DNA of 63,161 nt, the filler included, from Bdellovibrionota bacterium (GTDB taxonomy: Bacteria; Bdellovibrionota; Bdellovibrionia; Bdellovibrionales; JAEYZS01): assembly GCA_963169515.1 (NCBI GenBank). It is 5 parts of 5 records of this genome, joined end to end, with 100 filler letters (N's around TTAATTAATTAA, not from the genome) between each part and the next. Parts side by side here need not be neighbours in the genome. Positions count along the whole stretch, not along the records: positions 32,597 to 49,353 come from CAUJEF010000009.1; positions 49,454 to 58,942 come from CAUJEF010000010.1; 3 more parts are not named here. One strand, given 5' to 3'. Below the pieces are notes generated by a model, which saw only the letters and a program-made list of their open reading frames with translations, was not told the origin of the DNA and searched no databases. Both the position numbers and the translations under genes were made by a program. Within the stretch, counting starts at the first letter, position 1, and each line of letters begins with the position of its first letter. This document shows, piece by piece, positions 38,786-49,515 of this stretch.

Positions 38786-40141
38786 TTATATTGTCTTTGA
38801 GTATTTTCGTTCTGCCTCCGCTTGGATTAAGGGATCTAGGGCCATGCAAATATTTCGAATAAACGCACGGCCCAAATCTGAAACCCTTAATGTGCGATCG
38901 TCATAAGAAACCAATCCATCAGTCACAAATTCTGAGAGTGCATCAGTTTTAATTTTGAGTAAATCAGAACGGGAGTCATCCGGAAATCGATGTTCGAACT
39001 TTGTAAGCAAGTCCAAAATCATCCCCTTAGTTTCCCTGTCGGACTTCGAAATTCTATGCCCCCTAACAATGGGCAACCTTCCTTGTGATACAGTGTCCAT
39101 ATACTTTTTTAAATCTTTTTCGTTTTGGATGTAAAAGTCCTGTGTTTCACCAATAGCCGAAACCCCCAAAGGGAGCAGTGGAATATTTTTTTGATCGGTA
39201 TACCCCATAAAATTTCTATGTAATGTCTTTTCTGCAATTGCTTTTGATAACAGATCCGTTGGACGGGCAAAATGGTCCATGCCAATTTCCAAGTAATTAT
39301 TTTTTAAAAGAAGTGCTCTTCCACATTCAAAGAGCTTTCGTTTTTCTTGCGCCGACGGAAGGTAAGGTTCAAGCTTCGCTTGGGCAGGACGCATCCATGG
39401 GACGTGAGCATAACTATAAAAAGCGATCCGACTGGGGTTTAGAACTAGCACCTTATCAAACGTGTCTTCCAATGTTTCCGTCGCCTGTAACGGTAACCCA
39501 TATATCAAATCAAAATTAATATCTTTGAACCCAAGGTTATCAACCAGCTCCATGAAATGTTGGACATCTTCAAACGGTTGAATACGATTAATTTTCTTTT
39601 GTACTTCAGGATTGAAATCCTGAATGCCCAAACTGAGACGAGTACAGCCCAATTCTTTTAATAACTTTAAATGTTCGTAAGTCGTGCGCCGAGGGTCAAC
39701 CTCGACAGAAAATTCAAATGTTTCTGTTTTTTTTACCTCATCAAGAATCGGAACAAGTAATTTTTCCAGCTGGATTGGCAACAGATAGGTCGGCGTCCCA
39801 CCCCCTAAATGCAGGCACTGGGCCACAGTAGATGCTGGCAAGCCCTGGGAACGGTAAATTTCAAATTCTCGCAATACCACATCAACATACTCATCTGCCA
39901 ACAACATATCTTTCGTAATAAAGTTGTTGCAGCCGCAGTACAAACATAGGCTTCGGCAAAACGGGATGTGCATATAAATCCCAATACCTACATTACCTTT
40001 ATTTGACTCGACGCATCCTGACTTAAAATTATCCAACCATTCGCTTTGAAGAGGCGTGTCTTTCCAGAAAGGAATTGGGGGATAACTCGTATACCTGGGC
40101 CCAGAACTGTCGTACTTTTCAAAGAGATCTGATAGGCTCAT
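38786..40141 (-). CDS. hemN: Oxygen-independent coproporphyrinogen III oxidase
   Basis: GPRYTSYP, HIPFCRSLCLYCGC (radical SAM), GGGTPT, YAHVPW, GMDHFA, HRNFMGY. Confidence 0.95.
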   Translation of the reverse strand: MSLSDLFEKYDSSGPRYTSYPPIPFWKDTPLQSEWLDNFKSGCVESNKGNVGIGIYMHIPFCRSLCLYCGCNNFITKDMLLADEYVDVVLREFEIYRSQGLPASTVAQCLHLGGGTPTYLLPIQLEKLLVPILDEVKKTETFEFSVEVDPRRTTYEHLKLLKELGCTRLSLGIQDFNPEVQKKINRIQPFEDVQHFMELVDNLGFKDINFDLIYGLPLQATETLEDTFDKVLVLNPSRIAFYSYAHVPWMRPAQAKLEPYLPSAQEKRKLFECGRALLLKNNYLEIGMDHFARPTDLLSKAIAEKTLHRNFMGYTDQKNIPLLPLGVSAIGETQDFYIQNEKDLKKYMDTVSQGRLPIVRGHRISKSDRETKGMILDLLTKFEHRFPDDSRSDLLKIKTDALSEFVTDGLVSYDDRTLRVSDLGRAFIRNICMALDPLIQAEAERKYSKTI

Positions 40142-40174
40142 ATCATTCTTCTACGCCTGTCTTAATTGGTCAGG

Positions 40175-40190
40175 TATGACGTGGGTCATA
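40175..40190. promoter_or_regulatory. Candidate Crp/Fnr-family binding site between divergent hemN and the regulator
   Basis: Perfect palindrome TATGAC-GTGG-GTCATA (TGA-N6-TCA core). Confidence 0.65.
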
Positions 40191-40202
40191 GGGTTTTATT
40201 AA

Positions 40203-40886
40203 ATGATTGCAAAATTAAAAAGCCTTGATCTCTTCGCTGGCATTGGCGATTCGGACTTAAAAGTCCTGTCCAAAGACTGTACCTGGCAGACGGTTACTGC
40301 CGGAAAAAAATTGTTTAACAAGGGTGATCCCGCTGACTACACGTATGTCGTTCACTATGGCAGTATTAAGCTTGTGCAAAATATTCGGGACGATATCGAA
40401 ACCGTAATAAATTTCTTTTCAAAGAATAGCTTGATTGGTGCCATGATGATGACAAAAGAAAACAGCGTCTACCCTGCGACGGCAATCGCCTTAGAAGACT
40501 CGGGTCTTGTCAAAGTCTCACGTGCCGCCTATGTTCGCACCTGGATGTCACACCCCGAACTGAGCAAGAAAATTCGAGCTGCGCTGACCGACCGCTTTTT
40601 AGATTTACAACGGGACCGCAGTTTGGTTCGCATGCCTATGCAAGACAAAGTAGCCGATTTTTTGTTGCGAGCGCTCGAGTCCCAGCCTGAAAGTTTCGGC
40701 AATCGAATTTCTGTTCGCCTAACCAGGCAAGACATTGCCAATCGCGTAGGCGCGACTGTTGAAACGATCATTCGTATTTTGAGCGAATGGACAAAAAAGG
40801 GCTATATAAGTACGCACGAACATAGAATTGAAATCTTGAATGTCAACGCACTTAAGAAAATACTTCATGCTGATTCCGAGCAATAA
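40203..40886 (+). CDS. Crp/Fnr-family regulator (Dnr/NnrR/HcpR-like, no Fe-S cysteine cluster)
   Basis: cNMP-like domain with YPATAIALED; HTH LTRQDIANRVGATVETIIR. Confidence 0.9.
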   Translation: MIAKLKSLDLFAGIGDSDLKVLSKDCTWQTVTAGKKLFNKGDPADYTYVVHYGSIKLVQNIRDDIETVINFFSKNSLIGAMMMTKENSVYPATAIALEDSGLVKVSRAAYVRTWMSHPELSKKIRAALTDRFLDLQRDRSLVRMPMQDKVADFLLRALESQPESFGNRISVRLTRQDIANRVGATVETIIRILSEWTKKGYISTHEHRIEILNVNALKKILHADSEQ

Positions 40887-42621
40887 CAGGTGCGAATCGA
40901 TCAATCTCCTGGCAAAATTCGCGTATGTAGCTCACATCAGGTTCTTTCGAAGATAAAAATGGATTCATAAGAACTAGCCGGATCAATACAATTTCCTCTG
41001 AATCAGGAATCAATTTCCATTTTTTCACCAACTTTTTATAAAGCCTTGGACTTTTTTTCTTAAGAACTACGGTTTTAGATACATAAAACGGTGGATTTTT
41101 GTGAAGAGGAGACATGCGTTTATAAAAAAGCAAATTCAATTTATTATTGAACACCAACGATCTAGAATCACCACACAAAGAAAAACAAAGAATATTTGTT
41201 TCTGCATCGGGTGCAACCAAAACTATTTTATTCAGATTCAACGCGGCCTCAAATTCTTTTCTGGTCGCGATAGTTCGATTTAAAATGCGCCCATAACCGG
41301 AAGAATTAAACCCAACCACATTTGATGTAAGCCACGTGGACACAGCGCCTACGGCCGCTCGGGACCCTTCTAACGTCACCAGGGTTGGATCTTTTTTAGT
41401 GTGTTCAATATAGGGTATTTCGATTTTCTGTAAGTCATAATTTTTTTCCTCTGGACAGATAAATGTTCCCGAAGAAAACGGGACATACCCCAGCTTGTGA
41501 GGGTCTAGCGTGATTGACGTTGCTACTGCAAACCCTGCACACTTTTGGTCAATTTCCGGGTTCAAAGAACCCATGGATGCAAAAAATCCACCGTAAGCAG
41601 CATCAATATGATGCCAAATATCGACGCCGTCTTTTTTAAAATCATTTAACAGGCTCCCAACCCTGTCAATTGGGTCCAAAACTCCCAGCTCGGTACTACC
41701 AAACACAGATGCCACGAGCAATACTGGACGGCTCGCTTTTTGCGCTCGTTGAATTTCAGATGTTAAATGATTTAAATCTAGCGCCCCACGAGCATTAACA
41801 TCAATGGGCCAAATGTCCTCGCTCCCCAATCCAATTAATTTCAGACCCTTTTCCCAGGAATAATGAGCATGGGCCGGGATCAATGCAATCGGACCATTGA
41901 AGTCCACTGAAAAAACCTTTTCCAAATTTTTTACTGCTTGGAATGGGTTTGCATGGCTCAAGTGGAAACGGCGACAGTCTTTTTCCAAAGTAGTTTTTAA
42001 AAATTTTTGATATAGTTCCCAACCGATGTGCCCGGCATGAAACAGATCGAGACCCAAACCATATTTTTCTTCTGCACACGCAGCAACGCTAAGCCAATCA
42101 TACAGTCGAGTTTTTGCCCTCCAAAGGGATTCGAAGTTGGCAATCGTTCCGCCGGACGTAAAATGTCCTTTTGCATTTTTATGCTTAAGACGCAACATTA
42201 GAGCCAGGTCTGCAATCGCTCGGCGCTCTATTTCAATCCCTGCACGAGAAGCTTCCGTCGAAATATTATTCGGATTATGCAAAAGCGCAACAATGTGTCC
42301 AATCAGTGCCGGGATCGAAACTTCCGACGTCATGTGTCCAATATATCGAGGTGAAAATTTGGGAATTTCATTTTCAAATAAGTTCATCAGAATTTCAATT
42401 GAATTAAAAAGTTTTCGTGTTTGGGATTTATATTCTTTTAATTTTTTGTCACTTGGGGATATTGCTCGGCCATCAGTCGGAAACAGCCCACGCCTCCATC
42501 TAAACCATCGTTCAAAAATGTACAACAACTTGTCGGCTAATATATCCGCGTTTTCCGCCTGTGGTCCTAAGAAAAAGCTTTTGATGGCTATATCGTTGGG
42601 GTCACATTTTTTATTTTTCAT
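40852..42621 (-). CDS. Group II PLP-dependent amino acid decarboxylase (tyrosine decarboxylase-like)
   Basis: FLGPQAEN, PRYIGHM, TSGGTIAN, HYSWEK, HIDAAYGG, DPHK (PLP lysine), EGSR. Confidence 0.88.
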   Translation of the reverse strand: MKNKKCDPNDIAIKSFFLGPQAENADILADKLLYIFERWFRWRRGLFPTDGRAISPSDKKLKEYKSQTRKLFNSIEILMNLFENEIPKFSPRYIGHMTSEVSIPALIGHIVALLHNPNNISTEASRAGIEIERRAIADLALMLRLKHKNAKGHFTSGGTIANFESLWRAKTRLYDWLSVAACAEEKYGLGLDLFHAGHIGWELYQKFLKTTLEKDCRRFHLSHANPFQAVKNLEKVFSVDFNGPIALIPAHAHYSWEKGLKLIGLGSEDIWPIDVNARGALDLNHLTSEIQRAQKASRPVLLVASVFGSTELGVLDPIDRVGSLLNDFKKDGVDIWHHIDAAYGGFFASMGSLNPEIDQKCAGFAVATSITLDPHKLGYVPFSSGTFICPEEKNYDLQKIEIPYIEHTKKDPTLVTLEGSRAAVGAVSTWLTSNVVGFNSSGYGRILNRTIATRKEFEAALNLNKIVLVAPDAETNILCFSLCGDSRSLVFNNKLNLLFYKRMSPLHKNPPFYVSKTVVLKKKSPRLYKKLVKKWKLIPDSEEIVLIRLVLMNPFLSSKEPDVSYIREFCQEIDRFAPVIARNQHEVFS

Positions 42622-42832
42622 GAATATCCCATTGAGCTGAAGATCGGTTTACCCAATCAAATTTTTTAAATGCATCTTCGTCAGACTTTAAAAAATAGCT
42701 GTGAATAGAGTTGCGTTTTCGCTGTGACTTTGCATCCATTTGCAACGACATATTTCCCCCAAAAGTGCTTTTACAAAATCAGGCTACCCACCATACGGTC
42801 AACTCGGTCGAGGGGCCAAAACCTGCAGGAGT

Positions 42833-42846
42833 ATGATCTAAATCAT
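42833..42846. promoter_or_regulatory. Candidate Crp/Fnr-family site upstream of hemJ
   Basis: ATGAT-CTAA-ATCAT, close to the FNR consensus TTGAT-N4-ATCAA. Confidence 0.5.
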
Positions 42847-42935
42847 GGTTTGACAGAATGGGCAACCTATTGCTTTGCTGCTGTTGTAAAGACTCAGGTT
42901 GTTTTTTTATTTTGGGGACCCTAAAGTCATATTCT

Positions 42936-43367
42936 ATGGATTATCCTGTTTTAAAAGCACTGCATCTGATCTTTGTCGTTTCCTGGTTTGCGGGCCTTTT
43001 TTATATTTTTCGACTGTTTGTTTACCACATAGAAAATTGGCATTCGAATGATGTCCGAAAAGTCCTCTCCAGAATGGAGAGAAAGCTTCTATCTTTTATA
43101 ATGCTTCCTTCCGCAATCGGTTCAATCGCGCTGGGCACCGTAATGTTAATGCGTAATCCAGCTCTGCTTACGCAGCACTGGATGCACCTTAAGCTAGGGG
43201 CCGTTTCAATTTTAATTGGCTATCACGTATTTTCTTTTGTAACCTATAAAAAATTCGCCGCAGACCAAAAGTATCTGTCGTCAAAGATGTGTCGATTGAT
43301 CAATGAAATTCCGACATTGATCTTGATCATCGTAAGTTTTTTGGTTTTCTTAAAATCACCAACATAG
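42936..43367 (+). CDS. hemJ: Protoporphyrinogen IX oxidase HemJ
   Basis: KALHLIFVVSWFAGLFY..RLFVYH, MERKL, WMHLKL, RLINEIPT, LVFLK; ATG at 42936. Confidence 0.92.
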   Translation: MDYPVLKALHLIFVVSWFAGLFYIFRLFVYHIENWHSNDVRKVLSRMERKLLSFIMLPSAIGSIALGTVMLMRNPALLTQHWMHLKLGAVSILIGYHVFSFVTYKKFAADQKYLSSKMCRLINEIPTLILIIVSFLVFLKSPT

Positions 43368-43394
43368 GCGCTAGGGCACTAAACAAACGCCCTC

Positions 43395-44477
43395 TTATGG
43401 CAAGGCCGTCGTACGCGAAAATAAAACATTAACCGACCCATCGCCGCCTTCGCCTGCGCCGTTACATGCTCCATCTGCCGCTCCGCTCGTGCCGCCGTTA
43501 TTGCTATAGGTCGGCGATCCGTTCACTTGATAACATGCACCACCACCGCCGCCGCCGCCTGCACTGTTGCCACCAGCATTTCCACCATTACTCCCATTTG
43601 TCGAACCATTACACGCCCGCCCGCCGTCACCCGCAGTATTCGTATTTGATCCCCCTCCTGCACCACCGCCACCTGCAATAATAAGATCTGCGCCGCCATT
43701 GATACGGATTACAGTTGCGCCACCGCCACCACCACCATGACGCGAAGTATTCCCAACATTGTCACCGCCACCGCCACCGCCACCGTAGTTTCCGGCACCA
43801 GCCCCGTTACTTGACCCACCCGATGTACCTGCATTTCCACCATTACCAGTTGCACCGCCTCCCGCAGTTCCAGCAACTCCATTGGCGTTGTCATCTCCTG
43901 ATCCACCACTGTATCCACCAGCTCCACCCGAAACGGGTTGTGGGATACATGTTCCAGCGCGGCCGCCCAGACCAACAACGACATCGACAATTAAATTGGT
44001 TGCGATGGTTACATCACCAGTAACAACTCGGCCACCTCGCCGACCAGTTCCGGCTCGCCAAGAATTACCACTGCTCGTACCGCCCCCGCCCCCGCCACCA
44101 CCATTTAATGTTCCATTTATTTGATCACATCCGCGAACATTAAATGCCGTTTGATCGGACGTTACTCGATACGCCCCTTCGCCACCATTTGTCGTACACG
44201 CCCCAAGCATTACGTTCGGCGGTAAATGGGTTAAAAACGCCAGATACTCTGTTTCAGTCTTTGTGGGAATAAAAACATCTTGTGCGCTCGTATTTGAAAT
44301 TGTTTTGCATGTACACCATTCGTTTACTTCAGTTCCTGAATCGATTGCGACAATGCTGCCCCCAGCCGTACAACCTGGATTTGTTGACCTACAAAGACGA
44401 TATCCGTCATTCGCAGCAGCAAAAACATTTGTGTACCCAATTAAAAATACAGCGACTATCACACTCTGTGACATCAT
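43395..44477 (-). CDS. Secreted glycine-rich protein
   Basis: Signal peptide; Cys-rich N-terminal module; long GGGGG/GGxGG tracts with VVVGLGG and LIIAGGGGAGG. Confidence 0.75.
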   Translation of the reverse strand: MMSQSVIVAVFLIGYTNVFAAANDGYRLCRSTNPGCTAGGSIVAIDSGTEVNEWCTCKTISNTSAQDVFIPTKTETEYLAFLTHLPPNVMLGACTTNGGEGAYRVTSDQTAFNVRGCDQINGTLNGGGGGGGGTSSGNSWRAGTGRRGGRVVTGDVTIATNLIVDVVVGLGGRAGTCIPQPVSGGAGGYSGGSGDDNANGVAGTAGGGATGNGGNAGTSGGSSNGAGAGNYGGGGGGGDNVGNTSRHGGGGGGATVIRINGGADLIIAGGGGAGGGSNTNTAGDGGRACNGSTNGSNGGNAGGNSAGGGGGGGACYQVNGSPTYSNNGGTSGAADGACNGAGEGGDGSVNVLFSRTTALP

Positions 44478-44714
44478 GGCTCCTTTAAAAAACTGTCATG
44501 TCATTTTTTAATTTATTTTAACCCTTGCGGCGTCAGACTTTGTCTGAATAAGATTAACACCTGGATCTTTGTTTAATGGGCAAAAAGATCTAAAAAAATC
44601 AAAATGTTATATTAAATATGGCATTGGAATAAAAATAATTTTATTTTTGAAGGGGTGCACAGTTCGGTATCTTCAAATAAAATTTTAGACTGTGACCCTA
44701 ATCGAAAGGCTATT

Positions 44715-45386
44715 TTGAAATTACCCCACATACTCATTGTTGAAGACGAAATAAAACTTCGCAGCCATTTAGCACAGATCCTAAAAGATGGACACTTTTC
44801 TGTATCAACATGTGAAACCTATCCTGGTCTTGTGAAAATCATCGAATCAGCCCATGAGAAATTCGATGTGATTGTGCTCGATCGCTTACTGAATGGACTT
44901 GATTCAGCCCAGCTAATAGAAAAAATAAAACATGATCTACCTGAAATCAAAATTATAGTGCTGTCTGCAATTGCCACGCCTGCAGAAAAAGCAGTCCTGT
45001 TGAACTTAGGCGCGGATGACTATCTTGCAAAGCCTTTCGATGAGGACGAGTTGATTGCCCGAATTAATGTAGTGTTGCGAAGAATTAACAAAAACATTCA
45101 CTTTTCAAACTTATTCATAGATATTGAAGCCAGGTCAATAAGGGTGGGAGACCAAGAAATCTCGCTGACAAATAAAGAGTTTTATTTGTTAAAGACATTG
45201 CTACAAACCCCAGGGAAAGTGTTCGCCAAACCGCTTCTGTATGAAAAGGTCTGGGGAATGAGCTCTGATGTGGAAAGTAATGTCATTGAAACAACAGCAA
45301 ATAAATTACGCCAGCGCCTAAAAGGTCTCGGCGCGAATTTGCAAATCAAGAACTTACGTAATGTTGGATATTGGGTTGAGAAATAG
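44715..45386 (+). CDS. OmpR-family response regulator
   Basis: ILIVEDE, VLDRLL, GADDYLAKPF, LTNKEF, RNVGY; TTG 44715 or GTG 44655 start. Confidence 0.92.
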   Translation: MKLPHILIVEDEIKLRSHLAQILKDGHFSVSTCETYPGLVKIIESAHEKFDVIVLDRLLNGLDSAQLIEKIKHDLPEIKIIVLSAIATPAEKAVLLNLGADDYLAKPFDEDELIARINVVLRRINKNIHFSNLFIDIEARSIRVGDQEISLTNKEFYLLKTLLQTPGKVFAKPLLYEKVWGMSSDVESNVIETTANKLRQRLKGLGANLQIKNLRNVGYWVEK

Positions 45387-46755
45387 ATTTTTCTTTCTCA
45401 TTCTAACTACACTTATTTTTTCTGCTGTGGGTATTAACCTTGTCCATAGCTATTTCTTTAAAGGTCAAAAAATAAAGCTGATCGATAAACAAATTGATGA
45501 AGTCTCTACGACGCTTGTTGAGTCTGCAGATTTTATCAAATCGGTAAATAACGTCAGCTCTATTGAACAAACAATATCAAAGATCCTTGGCAGTGCACGC
45601 ATGGGCAAGGTTTTCATTGTGCGGGACCACACAGGGGAAATTATTTATCAAGGTATCAATACAAGCCTGTTAAAAACAGATTTTCCATTTAAACCCGGGT
45701 GGGTAGAGACTGAAACAAATAGCGAGTATGTAAGGCTTAAGAATGTTCCCCTTCCTGGGACGGGTGATTTGGTTCTGCAAGTGGGGTTGGTGGTAGATCA
45801 AAACTTTTTAAATTGGGAAGTCCTTGATACTCAAGTTATTATTTTTATTACTGGCCTTATCGTTGCTCTCTTTATTGCATCGGCTGCCTTAACATTGATT
45901 CTTTTGGCGCCCGTAAGACTCCTGGTCGACCATTTGGAAGAAGCAAAATTAAATCTAATTAATCTTAAAAATTTACGTCCCATTCCAAAAAAATTGGCTA
46001 GATATGCGAATAATTTCTGGGCGAAATCTGATGAGTTTGCAAGTCTGGTCAATACCATTCAAAAGCTGATTGATCGAATCAACCAGAACAGCAAACTGAC
46101 GAGGTCCTGGTCTTTACAAATGGCACATGAACTGAAAACACCATTAGCGATCATACGAGCCGATACTGCTTCTATGAAAAAGACAAATGCAATTCCACCA
46201 GCCTATGCCGAAGATGTTATACGCGAAGTTCAAAATATGTCAGAAATCATAAATCAATTTTTGGATTGGACCGAACTTGAAAACTCCACAGTCCCGCGGG
46301 ACATCCATGCCGTCAGAATGAAGGCCATGCTGTCCTCCGTTGCTTCCAGGCTGGATAAATTGGGTCCGACACGTATTCAAGTACAGGCGGATTCAGATTT
46401 TTCTATTTTAGCAAACCCGATTCATGTGGATCAGCTTATTACAAATTTAGCTACTAATGCTTTAAAGTTTTCAGATAAATCACAAAAGATTAAGATGATT
46501 TTGTCAGATTATACTATGATTGTTAAAGACTCTGGGGATGGGATTCCAACCGATGTAAAAGAGCGGATCGGGCAACCGTTTAATGTCGGGTCGAACGATG
46601 AACGGTGTGGAAACGGGCTTGGCCTAGCTTGGATTTCGACAATCACAAAAATTTATGACTGGAAGCTGGACATTCGAAGCGACAGCCGAGGCACAGAAGC
46701 CATCATCCAATTTCCTAAGGTACCCACTCACTTTTGGCGTGACGGTGCGCTATAA
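45361..46755 (+). CDS. Sensor histidine kinase
   Basis: Two TM helices, H-box AHELKTPL, N-box NALKFS, DSGDGI, GNGLGL. Confidence 0.92.
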   Translation: MLDIGLRNRFFFLILTTLIFSAVGINLVHSYFFKGQKIKLIDKQIDEVSTTLVESADFIKSVNNVSSIEQTISKILGSARMGKVFIVRDHTGEIIYQGINTSLLKTDFPFKPGWVETETNSEYVRLKNVPLPGTGDLVLQVGLVVDQNFLNWEVLDTQVIIFITGLIVALFIASAALTLILLAPVRLLVDHLEEAKLNLINLKNLRPIPKKLARYANNFWAKSDEFASLVNTIQKLIDRINQNSKLTRSWSLQMAHELKTPLAIIRADTASMKKTNAIPPAYAEDVIREVQNMSEIINQFLDWTELENSTVPRDIHAVRMKAMLSSVASRLDKLGPTRIQVQADSDFSILANPIHVDQLITNLATNALKFSDKSQKIKMILSDYTMIVKDSGDGIPTDVKERIGQPFNVGSNDERCGNGLGLAWISTITKIYDWKLDIRSDSRGTEAIIQFPKVPTHFWRDGAL

Positions 46756-46759
46756 ATAG
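46719..46759 (+). repeat. Repeat family B, half copy inside the kinase 3' end
   Basis: GGTACCCACTCACTTTTGGCGTGAC (46719-46743), identical to the reverse complement of 48036-48060. Confidence 0.85.
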
Positions 46760-46850
46760 AAATAGCGCCGCGTTAATTTTAGACAAGCAGTTGGTCTAGA
46801 TTTTCTACCCTGCTCTTTGCTTCAGCAGCAACTGATCCGAAAAATAAGAC

Positions 46851-47336
46851 ATGGATGAAATAACAAAGCCCCACAACTTAGAAGAAATAAAACAAACAGA
46901 TGATCATCATTTTTCGATGAAAAAGAAATTTAATAATCCCTTCACCGGAGAGCACAAACATATCTTTGTAGCAGTGGGTGTTGTGATAGTTGTTCTTATG
47001 TTCATGTCATTTTACATAAATAAAAAAATCGAAACTGCAATTGCCAAACATGATACAAATAAACGAACCCAATCCGAAGATCTAAACCAACTTGATGCGA
47101 AGATTAGTACTGCAATTAATAACTACAATAGCCAGCTTCAGCCACGATTTATGGATTTGGAAAGAAAAGTAGCCGATCTGTATGCATCTACTCCGACGAA
47201 ACAACCAGAGGCAAAAGAAGCTACTAAACCAAGGGCCGTTCCAAAAACGTCAGCAAATGTGAAAACAAAAATAAAATCAGCAAAAACTAGCTCGTCAAAA
47301 CGCGTTCCAACCTCTACAAAGTCAAAAAAGAAGTGA
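46851..47336 (+). CDS. Hypothetical single-pass membrane protein with a coiled coil and Lys-rich tail
   Basis: One TM helix, heptad-like region, K/S/T-rich C-terminus. Confidence 0.65.
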   Translation: MDEITKPHNLEEIKQTDDHHFSMKKKFNNPFTGEHKHIFVAVGVVIVVLMFMSFYINKKIETAIAKHDTNKRTQSEDLNQLDAKISTAINNYNSQLQPRFMDLERKVADLYASTPTKQPEAKEATKPRAVPKTSANVKTKIKSAKTSSSKRVPTSTKSKKK

Positions 47337-47346
47337 GGTATGTTTT

Positions 47347-47985
47347 TTAATTAATCAATCGGTATTCCTGATTTGATTGATTAAACTCCCAGAGCTCCCC
47401 CCGCTCGATGTCAAAATAAACGCCGATAACATTCATGTGACGGGATTGGACCGCTTCTTGAATAAACGGAAACGTATAGAGATTTTTAACGGAAATTTTA
47501 ATGGATTCCATTTCAGCAAAACGACATTTTGTTTCATCATCTGATTGGGCATGATCCGCCAGAACCTTCTGGCGCGCTTGACCAACAATGCTCATCCATT
47601 GGCCGATAAAGCCCTTGGAGTTCGCATCGGGTTCCGCCATCAACGCACGAATCCCCCCACACTGACGATGCCCCAAAACAATTATGTTTTCGACTTTTAA
47701 ATTTACAACCGCAAATTCCAAGGCAGAACTAGTGCCATGAAACCCTTCGCCCGACGGTTCACAGGGTGGCACGAGATTGGCCACGTTACGAATTACAAAA
47801 ATTTCACCCGAAGACGCTTCCGTCAAAATTGCCGGATCAACACGCGAATCGCTACAACCAATGAGTAAAGTTTTTGGAGTTTGCCCTTGCGAAACAAGTT
47901 TTTGATAGCTTAAATTTTCCTGATGGAAGGATTTGTCTCTAAACCGTCGAAACCCAACTATAAGCTTACCTAGGGCTTTATTCAT
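47347..47985 (-). CDS. Beta-class carbonic anhydrase
   Basis: IGCSDSRV, RNVANLVPP, LGHRQCGG; ATG at 47985 (the GTG at 48000 lies inside a repeat). Confidence 0.93.
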   Translation of the reverse strand: MNKALGKLIVGFRRFRDKSFHQENLSYQKLVSQGQTPKTLLIGCSDSRVDPAILTEASSGEIFVIRNVANLVPPCEPSGEGFHGTSSALEFAVVNLKVENIIVLGHRQCGGIRALMAEPDANSKGFIGQWMSIVGQARQKVLADHAQSDDETKCRFAEMESIKISVKNLYTFPFIQEAVQSRHMNVIGVYFDIERGELWEFNQSNQEYRLIN

Positions 47986-47986
47986 A

Positions 47987-48059
47987 AGGTACCCACTCAC
48001 TGTTGGCGTGACGATGCATCATAAATAGCCGCACTGTCACGCCAAAAGTGAGTGGGTAC

Positions 48060-48061
<2 letters not shown>
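47987..48061. repeat. Repeat family B, full inverted-repeat (REPIN-like) element
   Basis: Arms 47988-48012 and 48036-48060, 25 bp with one mismatch, around a 23-bp spacer. Confidence 0.88.
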
Positions 48062-49353
<1,292 letters not shown>

Positions 49354-49453
49354 NNNNNNNNNNNNNNNNNNNNNNNNNNNNNNNNNNNNNNNNNNNNTTA
49401 ATTAATTAANNNNNNNNNNNNNNNNNNNNNNNNNNNNNNNNNNNNNNNNNNNN
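49354..49453. other. Artificial contig linker
   Basis: N44-TTAATTAATTAA-N44. Confidence 0.98.
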
Positions 49454-49515
49454 CTTAGAATTGAAATTGCTAAGAATAATTTTGTTATACCCCTATCTAT
49501 AATAAGTTAGGGGGT

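Noticed and set aside
43466..44124. His/Arg-rich and Pro-rich ORFs on the plus strand
   Set aside because: Antisense shadows of the Gly-rich gene
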